A DNA stretch of 63,675 nucleotides, filler included, from Octopus bimaculoides (Eukaryota), in the NCBI RefSeq assembly GCF_001194135.2. It is 5 parts of 3 records of this genome, joined end to end, with 100 filler letters (N's around TTAATTAATTAA, not from the genome) between each part and the next. Parts side by side here need not be neighbours in the genome. Positions count along the whole stretch, not along the records: positions 1 to 28,034 come from NC_069005.1; 4 more parts are not named here. One strand, given 5' to 3'. Of the stretch, positions 1-14,122 are shown in pieces. Every line of letters starts with the position of its first letter. The stretch's first letter is position 1. Below the pieces are notes generated by a model. That model was not told the origin of the DNA. It saw nothing but the letters and a program-made list of their open reading frames with translations, and did no database searches. The translations under genes and the position numbers were made by a program.

Positions 1-58
<58 letters not shown>

Positions 59-812
59 CCAGCTGTTTAGTTAATAACTTGTCTGTTATTTGACTGAAGT
101 GAAATTACTCCACTGTTGGTTTGCTGGCTGGGGTAGCTTAGTGGTTTATTTATTTATTTTGTTTAAATATTTTTCACTTTCTTTCTTAGCTGGTTGTTTA
201 CCAGTTGTTGCTAACCAAATTAACAAGATTCTACAATAGCAAACAACAATCGGCTGTCACCATGCTTACCATATATAATACTTGTTGTTGCTGTTTCTTT
301 ATAGTATTATTATTATTATCATCAGTAGTAGTAGGAGGAGGCTGTAGGAGTAGTAGTAATTGTTGCAGTAGTAGTAGTAATAGTAGTGGTGGTAGTAGTA
401 GTAGTAGTGAATGTTATTGTCATAGTTGTAGATAGATGAATAGGGTGGTGGTGTTGATGACAGAAGGGGTGGGATATTGTTTGTTCATTTAATGATTGAT
501 TGTAATTAGAAACCGCAGCCGCCACAAGGGTGGTGGTGGTGTTGGGGAGTCATAGCTTGTTGACATAATGACCGATAGTGATTAAGATATGCAGATGTTG
601 TTGTTGTTTAACCTTACGCTATCCCTGATCCAGACCATCATCTATGATTAGAGGCCTCCCAGCTGGGACAGTCTTTTTTTTTTTTTTTTTTTTTCCCCAC
701 TCCTATGTATAGTGCACCCTAGACAATTTTAACCGTTTTGATATCAACCCACCTCACACTGCCCCTGGCTCAATTATATATGTAAGTAAGCCGACAGAAT
801 TGTCAGTACCCT

Positions 813-1000
813 CGGCAAAAAGGTTTAAAGGCATTCCGTCTGTCTTTACATTCTGAGTTCAAATTCTGCCAAGGTCGACTTTGCTCTTCATCCTTTCAGG
901 GTCGATAAAACGAATACCAGAAGAGCAGTGGGGTCGATGTAATCAACTTACTCCCTCCCCCAAATTACTGCTGGCCTTGTGCTAAAATTGGAAACCAATT
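813..1000 (+). mobile_element. SINE, family B (ttctgagttcaaatt..gtcgactttgc..catcctttc..ggggtcgat)
   Basis: Shared core with copies near 14137-14260, 26870-27020, 39355-39570, 39945-40130, 53343-53550, 60881-61050. Confidence 0.8.
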
Positions 1001-1236
1001 ATACGAAGTGATTTGAATGAAAACCTTCCATGAAAATTTCATGTTGATTTCCATTCCAAACACTGGATTAATAATGGCAATCTCGTTTTGCTAAATTCTT
1101 CGACATTTTCAAAATTAATTGAAACAAAGGCAGTGTATTTCAATAGAAATAGGGTAACAAAAGGATTAAACAATTTGTCCTTCTCAAAGATGGTGAGATT
1201 TAACAGATTTTTTCTTTTCATTTTGTTTTCTTGCAG

Positions 1237-1343
1237 TGGGAAGATCGTGTCTCCAAAATGGAAACCTTTCAAAGGTATGAGATTGCGAGGCAAGGAGATA
1301 GTTCGTCTTAACAACATTATCTGGAGAGAATGGTTCATGCAAT
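1237..1343 (+). CDS. MLXIP: Mondo exon, MCR III (14-3-3 binding helix region): GKIVSPKWKPFKGMRLRGKEIVRLNNIIWREWFMQ
   Basis: Acceptor ttgcag, donor gtaagt at 1344, phase 2 to 1; matches the family motif GKLVSPKWK..RLNNAIWRAW. Confidence 0.96.
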
Positions 1344-1451
1344 GTAAGTAAACCCTAAACATTCACACCTTTCAGTAGGCAAGATGGTCACCTGTGGGGT
1401 CTGAATGATTTAAAAAAAAAAAAGAAAAAAAATATTCTTTTCTACTCTAGG

Positions 1452-1482
<31 letters not shown>

Positions 1483-1540
1483 ACACACACACACTTCTGC
1501 ACTCTTACACACTCCTCCACACTCTTACACACTCTCTCAC

Positions 1541-1572
<32 letters not shown>

Positions 1573-2698
1573 GCACACACTCACTCTTACAAGTACCCTC
1601 TCACATGCATACTTCCATGCATGCTCTCACTCACATATTCCCTCACTCTCACTCACATATTCCCTCACTCTCACTCACACACCTGGTGTGTTATTTACAG
1701 TTAGCAAGCTGTCTCTTGTTAACCACATTAAAGAGAACAAAAATACAAATTTGAACAAATGAACTCATCATCGTTTAACGTCTACCTTCCAGCCTGGCAT
1801 GGGTGGGACAGTTTGACAGGAACCGGCCAGGCAGAAGCCTGCACCAGACTTCTGTGACTGTTTAGGCAGGACTTTTACAGCTGGATACCCTTCTTAACAT
1901 CAACCACCCAGCAGAGTAGACCTAGTGCTTTTTATAACAGAAAAGATCTGACCTTCTTTACTGTGAACAACTGGTTAACTTACTTGTTAACCCTGTTTCT
2001 GAACAGATGACATGGTATACCTGGTTTTTGTTCCTGTTTTTATAATGCTAACAGAACAGAAACCAAGTTGTACAATGTTTCTTTTGTTTGTTTGTTTGTT
2101 TTTTTTCAAACTATATACTTCCTTAACTGTGTAAATGTGTTACATAAAAATCAACATAGTCATCAATGTCCATCAATAATGTATAAATGCTGTACAATAT
2201 ATTGAATTCTTACTCACAGTTGGCTGGCTCTGGCAAGTCAGCTGGGGTTACAAGGTCAACAATTTGTAACAAACCACTATGGTTACATTAAACTAATTGC
2301 CCATATGGACTGCTGTGTAAAACAGGTTTTCTCAACATTCAATTATAAATTTTTGCCCTTGTGGATATCACTTGGCACCAAATTCTCTCCATTTGTTAGA
2401 AAACTATGTTTTGCCTTCTTTTAGACCAACAGTTGTTAGGTTAAAACTTAAGAAATTAATAAGAAAATATTTATTTCAATAAAACACATCCCATCATGTA
2501 TAGGACCTTTTTTTTTTATGTTACCTTCAAAAGGCGTAAGTGTGGTTAAGAAGTTTGCTTCTCACCTATATGGTTCCGGGTTCAGTCTCACTGTGGGGCA
2601 CCTGGCACTGTGGACAAATGTTTTTCTACAATAGCCCCAGGCTGACCAAAGCTTTGCGAGTGGATTTGTGTGACTGAAACTGAAAGAAGCCCATCATG

Positions 2699-2741
<43 letters not shown>

Positions 2742-3108
2742 GATAAATTCTTAATCATAATGTACACAGTGTGGCTTAGTGATGGCAGTGGGGATGGTGG
2801 TGGTAAATGTGAGTGTTGATGATGATGATGGTAGTTGATAGTGGTGGGTGGGTGTGTAGGTGGTTGTAGTTGGCAGTAGTGGTGGTGAATGAGGGTGTCA
2901 GTGGTAGTTGCTGGCGATGATGGTGGTGCGGGTCAGGTTTTGCTTCTAGCCTCCCAAAACACTTCAGTCACTCCCCCCACTGCACCCCTTGCAAGAACCA
3001 AGCAACAACAGGCAGTGCCCTTGATCCCCACCCCACCAGCAGCCACTAGGAAATAATACAAATATAACCCTAATTATTTATTAGGCTGTTTGGGAAACAT
3101 TTCTCCTT

Positions 3109-3155
<47 letters not shown>

Positions 3156-3158
3156 CTG

Positions 3159-3193
<35 letters not shown>

Positions 3194-3228
3194 TTCTCTC
3201 TCTCTGTCTCTCTCTCTCTCTCTTTCTC

Positions 3229-3260
<32 letters not shown>

Positions 3261-4318
3261 NNNNNNNNNNNNNNNNNNNNNNNNNNNNNNNNNNNNNNNN
3301 NNNNNNNNNNNNNNNNNNNNNNNNNNNNNNNNNNNNNNNNNNNNNNNNNNNNNNNNNNNNNNNNNNNNNNNNNNNNNNNNNNNNNNNNNNNNNNNNNNNN
3401 NNNNNNNNNNNNNNNNNNNNNNNNNNNNNNNNNNNNNNNNNNNNNNNNNNNNNNNNNNNNNNNNNNNNNNNNNNNNNNNNNNNNNNNNNNNNNNNNNNNN
3501 NNNNNNNNNNNNNNNNNNNNNNNNNNNNNNNNNNNNNNNNNNNNNNNNNNNNNNNNNNNNNNNNNNNNNNNNNNNNNNNNNNNNNNNNNNNNNNNNNNNN
3601 NNNNNNNNNNNNNNNNNNNNNNNNNNNNNNNNNNNNNNNNNNNNNNNNNNNNNNNNNNNNNNNNNNNNNNNNNNNNNNNNNNNNNNNNNNNNNNNNNNNN
3701 NNNNNNNNNNNNNNNNNNNNNNNNNNNNNNNNNNNNNNNNNNNNNNNNNNNNNNNNNNNNNNNNNNNNNNNNNNNNNNNNNNNNNNNNNNNNNNNNNNNN
3801 NNNNNNNNNNNNNNNNNNNNNNNNNNNNNNNNNNNNNNNNNNNNNNNNNNNNNNNNNNNNNNNNNNNNNNNNNNNNNNNNNNNNNNNNNNNNNNNNNNNN
3901 NNNNNNNNNNNNNNNNNNNNNNNNNNNNNNNNNNNNNNNNNNNNNNNNNNNNNNNNNNNNNNNNNNNNNNNNNNNNNNNNNNNNNNNNNNNNNNNNNNNN
4001 NNNNNNNNNNNNNNNNNNNNNNNNNNNNNNNNNNNNNNNNNNNNNNNNNNNNNNNNNNNNNNNNNNNNNNNNNNNNNNNNNNNNNNNNNNNNNNNNNNNN
4101 NNNNNNNNNNNNNNNNNNNNNNNNNNNNNNNNNNNNNNNNNNNNNNNNNNNNNNNNNNNNNNNNNNNNNNNNNNNNNNNNNNNNNNNNNNNNNNNNNNNN
4201 NNNNNNNNNNNNNNNNNNNNNNNNNNNNNNNNNNNNNAGCAGCAATATAGTGGCTGAAGTGTTTTAATTAGTATCTTTTGGACCACTTCACTGGGAACCA
4301 GAACAATACTAAAGACCG

Positions 4319-4353
<35 letters not shown>

Positions 4354-5925
4354 GTGTGTGTGCGTGTGCGCTCAGCGGAAACCACTCTACTAATACTGGG
4401 TCTTCAATACCCACCAACACAAATGACTCTTCCAGACCATTGTCTTGTAATTGGGTGGAATCTGATGCCTGTGGTAATTGTCCAAACAACAACAATCTCT
4501 CAAGGAAGTGATTTATTTCTTGAGTGTGGTGGGGGGTGGGGTGGAGGTGATGGAGGTTCTGATTGTGTGTGTGTGTGTGTGTGTGTGGAGGGATCTTCCT
4601 CCTCTTGATCTTGTTTGAAATATAATTCCAAGGGATGCTTGTCTCTGTGGTTTTTTATTGTAGGTTTATTTGTTGTTGGTGTTGTTGCGAGTTAGTAATC
4701 ACTTCTTGTCCGACACCAACCATTTCCGAGTGAGTTATCGACCATCGACTCAGATTATTCATTCTTCCGTTACAGTTTCTCCTTACAACGGTGACAACAA
4801 AGATGATAATGATGACTAGTGATGGTGATGGTGGTAGTTGTTATAGTGTTGATATGATAACGGTTGTGACAGACATGATAGTGATGTAGCTGCTGCTGTT
4901 GCTAGGGACACTGCGATGATAAGGCTAGTGATAAAGATGATGATGATGTTAGATGGTTATAGCAGTGGTGGTGATGGTAGTGTTGATATGATTGTGGCTG
5001 TATTGGGCATGATAGTGATGCTGATGCTGATGCTGCTGCTTCTGATGATGATGATGATGATAGTGGTGATGTCACTGGTGGATCAGGCCTTGTTCCTTCA
5101 GTACAGTGACTCTCAACCCTTTTTTTTTTTTACCTACAGACCCCTTTGATTCCTCTTTTGCTCAAAGAGTGGGACCCTCATAGCCATTAGATGTCTAAGA
5201 ACTCCCATCATATTTTCATGATTAAAGATTATTAGCAATTGTATCAAAGAAAAAATCTTTAAATAATTTTGTGTCTTGCAGTNNNNNNNNNNNNNNNNNN
5301 NNNNNNNNNNNNNNNNNNNNNNNNNNNNNNNNNNNNNNNNNNNNNNNNNNNNNNNNNNNNNNNNNNNNNNNNNNNNNNNNNNNNNNNNNNNNNNCTTCTC
5401 TTTACAGATATTCAGAATAAGAAGCCTGTTGTTTGTCAGTTTGCCAATCCTTTGCCTGATGACAGCCACAAGAGAACTGAAGTAAGTTTTATTTATTTAC
5501 TTAGGTTTTTTTTATGTGAAGGTGTATGGCTCAGTGGTTAGAGTGTCAGGCTGTCAATCATAAGGTTGTGAGTTCGATTTCCTGACCGGGCTGTGTGTTG
5601 TATTCTTGAGCAAGACACTTCATTTCATGTTGTTCTATTTCACTCAGCTGTAGAAATGAGTTGCGATGTCACTGGTGCCAAGCTGTATCGGGGCCCCTTT
5701 AACAGTCCCCTTTGTGATAAACTCAAAATGGTGACAGTCTCCTATGTAGTGAACCTAAAATGTTGACAGTGCCACACAACTTGCTGAGCCAAGACCACCT
5801 TTAATTGTGAAGGGTTACTTTAGAGAATAGGGAACAGAACAGGTTTGTTTTTCTTTTGCTTCAGAGAATCCATAGGAGCTCTCTCTCTCTGTATGTATAT
5901 GTATTTATATGTGTGTGCATTTGTA

Positions 5926-5969
<44 letters not shown>

Positions 5970-6060
5970 TGTATATGTGTGTGTGTGTGTTTGTATATGT
6001 GTGTGTGCTTGTATTATATGTATGTGTTTGTTTGTGTGTGTGTCGTCGTCGTCATATATA

Positions 6061-6101
<41 letters not shown>

Positions 6102-7554
6102 GAAATATATAAATATGGTGTATACTTATAACAAAGGATGTTCTCAATTTTTCTTCATCAATATTGTTGATGTTGCAGTATNNNNNNNNNNNNNNNNNNN
6201 NNNNNNNNNNNNNNNNNNNNNNNNNNNNNNNNNNNNNNNNNNNNNNNNNNNNNNNNNNNNNNNNNNNNNNNNNNNNNNNNNNNNNNNNNNNNNNNNNNNN
6301 NNNNNNNNNNNNNNNNNNNNNNNNNNNNNNNNNNNNNNNNNNNNNNNNNNNNNNNNNNNNNNNNNNNNNNNNNNNNNNNNNNNNNNNNNNNNNNNNNNNN
6401 NNNNNNNNNNNNNNNNNNNNNNNNNNNNNNNNNNNNNNNNNNNNNNNNNNNNNNNNNNNNNNNNNNNNNNNNNNNNNNNNNNNNNNNNNNNNNNNNNNNN
6501 NNNNNNNNNNNNNNNNNNNNNNNNNNNNNNNNNNNNNNNNNNNNNNNNNNNNNNNNNNNNNNNNNNNNNNNNNNNNNNNNNNNNNNNNNNNNNNNNNNNN
6601 NNNNNNNNNNNNNNNNNNNNNNNNNNNNNNNNNNNNNNNNNNNNNNNNNNNNNNNNNNNNNNNNNNNNNNNNNNNNNNNNNNNNNNNNNNNNNNNNNNNN
6701 NNNNNNNNNNNNNNNNNNNNNNNNNNNNNNNNNNNNNNNNNNNNNNNNNNNNNNNNNNNNNNNNNNNNNNNNNNNNNNNNNNNNNNNNNNNNNNNNNNNN
6801 NNNNNNNNNNNNNNNNNNNNNNNNNNNNNNNNNNNNNNNNNNNNNNNNNNNNNNNNNNNNNNNNNNNNNNNNNNNNNNNNNNNNNNNNNNNNNNNNNNNN
6901 NNNNNNNNNNNNNNNNNNNNNNNNNNNNNNNNCCGCCACACATCTCCTCCTCCTTCAGTGTAGAATTTTCTTTCTCCTCCTCCTCGTTCTCGTTTTTCTT
7001 CTCAATTATTTTTCCTGGTTTCTTAATCTTCACAATCTCCGTCATCAACATCGTTATCACCATTAATTAGCGTTATTGTCATCATCATTATAATCGCCAC
7101 AACCTCCATCACCACCACCATTATCATTGTCATTGGCATCATCATCATCATCGTCATTGTGGTCATCCTCATCAGCATCCTTTTCTCAATAGCTTCTTCC
7201 TGGATTTTTTGGTTTTTTTCTCTTTCAAGCTTGACTTTCTCACTCACTCTCTTTTTCTTTATCTTTCACTTCCTCGCCATGTGTGTGTGTGTGTTATGCA
7301 TAATTTAATTAAATTCATTGGTAATTAACTAGTAGAAACTGGTGAACAATGAAGTAAAGTTACACATTTACGTTTCTCAGCAGACTGAAACAAACTAAGT
7401 TTAAAGAGTATTGAGATGTCGGAAAGAGAATAAAAGTGACACAATTTCATTGTGGGACAGGCTTCTTTTACTCTTCATCTACGAAATCCTTCCACTCAAA
7501 AGACTTTGGTTGATCTGGTGTTATAGTAAAAGACACCTACCCAAGGTGTCACAC

Positions 7555-7593
<39 letters not shown>

Positions 7594-10500
7594 TTTTGTA
7601 TTGTAACAGGGTGTGGCTGCATCCACCATTTGTTGGTGATTCCCTACTACTCCTGGCAGGTGACACCTTTGTGCCCCTCAGGCAGCAACCCTCCAACCCA
7701 TGGGTCTGTTTGGGTAGTCATTGCTGGTGAGGGTTTCATAGGGGTCAGAGTGTAAATCCTACCTCGACCTCTCTCAGTTCGCTTGTTACCCTTTTTAGGA
7801 CATGCAGAGGAAAATGTTTAGTCTATTTCTTTGACAAGCTGGGTCCTCACTCAGTACATAGATTACTATCAATTAATTAGGCTATTAGACCCCAGTAGGG
7901 TGGGGTNNNNNNNNNNNNNNNNNNNNNNNNNNNNNNNNNNNNNNNNNNNNNNNNNNNNNNNNNNNNNNNNNNNNNNNNNNNNNNNNNNNNNNNNNNNNNN
8001 NNNNNNNNNNNNNNNNNNNNNNNNNNNNNNNNNNNNNNNNNNNNNNNNNNNNNNNNNNNNNNNNNNNNNNNNNNNNNNNNNNNNNNNNNNNNNNNNNNNN
8101 NNNNNNNNNNNNNNNNNNNNNNNNNNNNNNNNNNNNNNNNNNNNNNNNNGGGCCCACTAATTTTTCTTTCCTAGCAAATGGACCTACATAGAGGCTGTCT
8201 TGGATCATGTTGGCTTGCTGGCTGGCTGGCTGGTAGGCTCTGCCGCTTGTTGAGGGTTGTGGTGGTGGTGGTGGTGGTGGTGGTGGTGGGAGCTAGCCTG
8301 GTTATGGAAGAAGAAATGTTACAATTTAGGCTATTGGGTTTACAAACGTTATCATCACCACCACCACCATAGCTGCTACTGTGCCTGCTCATGGCCATTA
8401 ACAGTAGTGGAGGTGGTGGTGGTGGTTGTGAAGAAGTCCTTACTTCTCTTATAACATCATATGGTGTTTATTTAACAGCCTGGAGTATGTTGCCCTTCCT
8501 CCCATGTCCACCACCTCCTACACATCACACCTCTGCATTTTCTCAGTTAAATACATCAAGACTGTCAACATTGACACACACACACACCACCCTACAACAT
8601 TCCCCTTTCCCTGCTAGTTCTTGTGGCGGTAGGGGGGGGAACCCCATATTTGAGGGTGCAGAGAGGACAAGGGGTGAAAGGGTTGTCGAAGGGGTTGGGG
8701 AGGTAGAAAGGGGTTTGGTAGGAATAAAGCAGTTTGGTTTTATATACTGCAGTCAGATATCAATCAGTGTGTTTATATATACACACACACAGATGGAGAG
8801 AGCTGTGGTTTGGTGTGTGTGTGTGTGTATTTGCATGTATGCGTGTGTATTTGCATGTGTGTGTGTGTGAAGTGTGAGTGTGTTGTGTGCATTAATGAAT
8901 GTGATAAAAACCTGGAACCAACTGTGTGTAATGACATCTGAAGTGTGCTCTGAGGAGTGGTGTGTGTGTAGGGGGGGGGATAGAGGGTGGTGAATAGGCA
9001 GGGGTCAGGTCAGTTAAGCTGTTGATGTGAAGGGATAATAACATAAGGGCTATAGGGAGGCTGTATGGGGACTGTAGGGAGAGAGAGAGATAACAGATGA
9101 TGGATTATTTTGGGGGATATTTCAACCGCTGCATTACTTGATTTGCTAGATAGAAGAGTCTTTGAAGCACTGCATGGGGTGGGTGTGTGTGTGAGAGAGA
9201 GAGAGAGAGAGNNNNNNNNNNNNNNNNNNNNNNNNNNNNNNNNNNNNNNNNNNNNNNNNNNNNNNNNNNNNNNNNNNNNNNNNNNNNNNNNNNNNNNNNN
9301 NNNNNNNNNNNNNNNNNNNNNNGTGTGAGAGGGTGTGTGTGAGCTCTATGCACATAAACATGTGCATGCATACCCCAAACATGCACAAACGAAACTCTTT
9401 ACAGGTCGTTCAGCCTGCTAAAAATAGCATCTAAACTCCCCTCAGATCACTCCTTTGTGTGTCCAAAGCATTTTCACATGGAAAATAGTTATTTTGTTTA
9501 ATGTCACATTTGTCACACTTTTTGGACTCTCTTCAAAAATATTCATCGTGCATTCCAGGTAAAAAAAATTTTGTGTTTAATGCTTACCTGGGGAGACAAA
9601 CTTTACTCTGGAAAGTGAATCAATATAATTCTTGCGAATGTTCGAGATATACAGCTTAGATAGCTCATGCTTGGTGTCTCTGATTGTCACGTACACCTAT
9701 AAAAACACACACACACACTCACAGGTAGATACTTTTTTTTTCATTTTTTTCTCTCGATATTTGATAGAATTTATCATTCAATCTTTGACTGTATTTTTCT
9801 AAAGATTATTTTCAATATTTTTTTTTGTTACAACAGGCAGTTGTTATGGAAGGTAAATATTGGAAACGAAGGCTCGAGTCAGTTACAGGAGAATACAAAA
9901 GCTGGCGTAAGTTTTCGAAAAACCAAATCACTCGTGCGCGACGAAACTCTACTACATCTAAAGTAAGTCTTTGTTGTTGTTAATGCAATTGTTGATGTTG
10001 TCTGTGTTGTTGTTACAGAGCAAACTGAGGCACAAGTTGTTGTTTGTTCAACTCAAACATTTATTAAACAGGAAAAAAAAAAAAATCTGTATGCTATAGG
10101 CGCAGGAGTGGCTGTGTGGTAAGTAGCTTGCTTACCAACTACATGGTTCCGGGTTCAGTCCCACTGCGTGGCACCTTGAGCAAGTGTCTTCTACTATAGC
10201 CTCGGGCCGACCAAAGCCTTGTGAGTAGATTTGGTAGATGGAATATAATTTCCTTAGTTTCTCATATCTAAAATATGCAGCACTGCTGTCTACTTCTTGA
10301 AAGGTCTTGTGATTCCAAGACGTAAAGTAATATGTCTTCCTCACCATGTTCTGTATAGACCCTCCAAATACTTCAAAAGTTACTGATTTAACCTGATTTT
10401 TTTTCCTTTTCTTTCAGGGCAGCTCCCAAAACAGTCTCTACGAGTGGGCCTTTCAGGGACTTAACGCCACAGAAAGCAACGACGCTTACAAAATTGAAGA

Positions 10501-13500
10501 CATGGAGTTTTCTGATGCCCTCTTTTCACTTTCCCAACCATTTCCGTTTCCCAACCCACGTGAACTGAGTAAGTATATTGCCATTGACTGTGTCTATGAT
10601 GTCGGTGATTAGTGTGTGTGAATTATTGTTGATAGTACAGAGTAAAGATGTGCAGTTTAGTGGTTAGGGTACTTGGCTCATGAGTGTAAGGCTGTCAGTT
10701 CAATACCCAATGGCACATTTTTATCCTTGCACATGACTCCTTATTTCATGTTGCTCCAGTCTACTCAGCTTTCAAAAATGAGTAGTGCCTATATTTTGAA
10801 AGGACCAGCCTTGTCACACTGTGTCGTGCTGGATCTCTCTGAGAACTATGTTAAAGGTATGTTGTCTGTGGAGTGCTCAGCCACTTGCACATTAATTTCA
10901 TGAGCAGGCTGTTCTGTTGATTGGATCAACTGGAACACTCATTGTCATAGCCGATGGAGTGCCAGTTTTTTTTTTGTTCCTGATAATACAGGATGAAAGA
11001 TGAGGTAACACATAAAAGGCACTATGCTGGTTCCACGCAAGAGGCACAGATGATGATGCCACATAAAAAGTACAGGCGATAGTGCCATGTAAAAAATACT
11101 GCTGTTGGTTGCACATGAAAAGCACCCAGTACACTCTGTAAAGGGGTTGGTATTCAGAAGGGCACCCAGCTGTAGAAACCATGCCAAAACAGACAATGGA
11201 GCCTGATGTGGTCCTTGGCCTTGCCAGCTCCTGTCAAACCATGCAACCCATCCCAGCATGGAAAACTGATATTAAATGAGGATGATGATCCCTGGGGCTC
11301 ATAAAGTTTAGGCTTAACTCAGTTTCTATGACATATAAATGACCGAGATGACAGCTTTGCTTTCACCATTTTCTAATTTCTTTTTAACATTAAATTCTAA
11401 TATAAATGTAATCTTTACCATCTGAAAGGTATTTGTAGAACATTTCACATCCACTTTTATGAGAGTTGTATGAGGGAATTCATATGTTATATGCTAGAGA
11501 ATTGGATGTGTGTGTATTAGAAACTGTTCTGAAGCATTTGTTTGTTGTATTGTTTTCAGTGCAAACTGGTTATGTTGATTTGATCCAGCCAGTGTTGATG
11601 CAGCTCCAACCCAACTTAGAAGATTACATGGATACCATAGAACCAATGCAGCGTAAGTCTGCAACTCTCTATCTCTTCCTCCTTCCCCTCCTCCTCCTTC
11701 CCCTCCNNNNNNNNNNNNNNNNNNNNNNNNNNNNNNNNNNNNNNNNNNNNNNNNNNNNNNNNNNNNNNNNNNNNNNNNNNNNNNNNNNNNNNNNNNNNNN
11801 NNNNNNNNNNNNNNNNNNNNNNNNNNNNNNNNNNNNNNNNNNNNNNNNNNNNNNNNNNNNNNNNNNNNNNNNNNNNNNNNNNNNNNNNNNNNNNNNGGGA
11901 CTTCTTAACTACCCTGCCATACAATATTTCTGAATTTCTTAATGGTTGATCATTAATTGTTATAATTGAAACATTTTTTATTGTTTTAATCATTTTCTTT
12001 ATCTTAATTTCTGAATTTCAGTGTTCTCTGATATATTTAAGTCTCAAAACCTGCCGACTTCTACAGTCACTTCTTATCAGGTAAATACATAATAAATATA
12101 TACATATCTTTGTTTTAATTCTTAATTTTTTTTTTTTAATATCCTACGCAGATATATATGTTATTCTGTTGTTGTGTTATCATCACCATCGTTATTTTTG
12201 TTTTTCCATGTGGACGTTGATTGAATGTGAGTTACTCAGGCAATAAGGCACGTAGCTTAGTGGTTAGGGCATTCGGCTTGCGATTGTAAGTTCAATTCCT
12301 GGCGATGCATTGTGTCCTTGAGCAAGACACTTTATTTCAGGTTGCTCCAGTTCACTCAGCTGGCAAAAATGAGTGGTACCTGTATTTCAAAGGGGTCGGC
12401 CTTGTCACGCTATGTGTCACGCTAAATCTCCCTGAGAACTACTTTAGGGGTACACGTGTTTGTGGAGTGCTCAGCCACTTGCACGTTAATTTCACGAGCA
12501 GGCTGTTCTGTTGATCGGAGCAGCTGGGACCCTCGTCGTCGTAACCGCCAGAGTGCTCCTTATTCAGGCAATATTCTGCAACCAGATGTCTTCCCTTTTA
12601 AATCCTTATTTGCTTTTTTAAGCATTAATTTGATTCCACTAGCATACATAGTGTGTGTGTATATATTTTTTACTTGTTATAGTTATTAGACTGTGGCTAT
12701 CCTGGGGTACCACTTTGAAGGTGCCATGCAGTGGGACTGAACCATATGGTTGGGAAACAAGCTTCTTACCACACAGCCACACCTTCACCTATTAATAATA
12801 ATTTTATTTATTCATTTATTAGTAATATGAATCCATCAATGATTCGTTAAATAACCTGATATTCTTCTTTTGTTTTACAGTCTGAGCCTAACTTGCTCTC
12901 CATGGACAGTGACCTTACATCTGAATTAACTGCTCAAGGACCCCCCTTAAACCAGCAAGGAGGGGTACCCTCATCAGATCCATTAAAAGAGAAAAACTGT
13001 TCTTTAGGGATCTCTTCACTAAAATCCACACACACCATGTCTCCTGCTCCACAGACTAATCTTTATTCAGTTGCTCCTGTACAGTTACAACCCCAGCCCC
13101 AACCACAACAGCAACAGCCCCTGTCCACCCTAAACCTGTTACAAAGCTCCGCGTTTTGTTCTCCACATACTGTGAGTCATGTTGGGGGCGATGGTCAAGC
13201 ACCGTTATTAACTGACAGTTCTATTTCTCTCCAGCCATCAGAGCCTCAGGTGCCAGAGCAGATGTTCGACAAAATGCTCCAACAATACACAAATGTACTG
13301 CCTAAAGTTGATGCCCCTCAAGTGGTCAACCCCATTGTGCACCAGTCCTTAAATCAGTTTCTCGGCACTGGGACTACAGTGGTGGCCCCCAGTTACAAAG
13401 GAACTGCTGCTGTAAATAAAGACCCTGCAGAGGTGAACACCATTCTTTCAGCATTGATCAACGATGCGGTAAACTCCTCGCAACCAAACCTGGCCCCAAA

Positions 13501-14067
13501 CCCCTCAGCGGCTTGTACTCCTCCTCCACTCTCCATTCCCCTTCATCAGAAAGACAGTATGGGAGCAAGTTCAATCGTAGACACGCCGGCAGTACTGGAC
13601 ATGCACCCGGCAGCGGCTGGCAACGTGTCTCGAGTATGTCAACCTGGTGAACAGATCTGTCCCCGAAAGATCGGAGTAAACAATTTTGCTCTCGTGAGTA
13701 GTGGTGCTACCAGCAGCAACAACCCCGACAGCCTCTCTATAGGTCTGCCGAGGCTCGACATTGCCCTTCGCCATTCGCCGTCATCCACAGATATCTCAGC
13801 ACAAGTGTCTCCCATTGTGTCATCGTCAGCAGCAACAGATCTTCACCACAAAAGTTCCGCAATCGGCAGAAGGCACTCTTACAACAGTTCCTCCCCGCTA
13901 CTCTCTACCACGAATAACAGCAGCAGCAGCAGCAGCAACAACTCCAGTAGCATTACTGGTAGTGGTAACTATCACAACAACAAGAATAACAAAAGTAGTA
14001 GCAGTGGCAGCAGCAGCAGCAGTGCATCATTTAATCGGAGTCAAGGCTTTGCAGTACCCTCTGTAAG

Positions 14068-14122
<55 letters not shown>

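Noticed and set aside
3070-9388. Long ORFs made of X runs, poly-CV/TH/YI/ER and similar (here and throughout the window)
   Set aside because: Products of N-gaps and microsatellites.
9580-9600. atgcttacctggggaga resembles the U1 snRNA 5' end
   Set aside because: Similarity stops after about 15 nt; better explained as the reverse complement of a splice donor.
10098-10170. tRNA-like A/B boxes here and in other repeats
   Set aside because: These are SINE heads continuing into family bodies; no complete cloverleaf supported, so no tRNA genes called.
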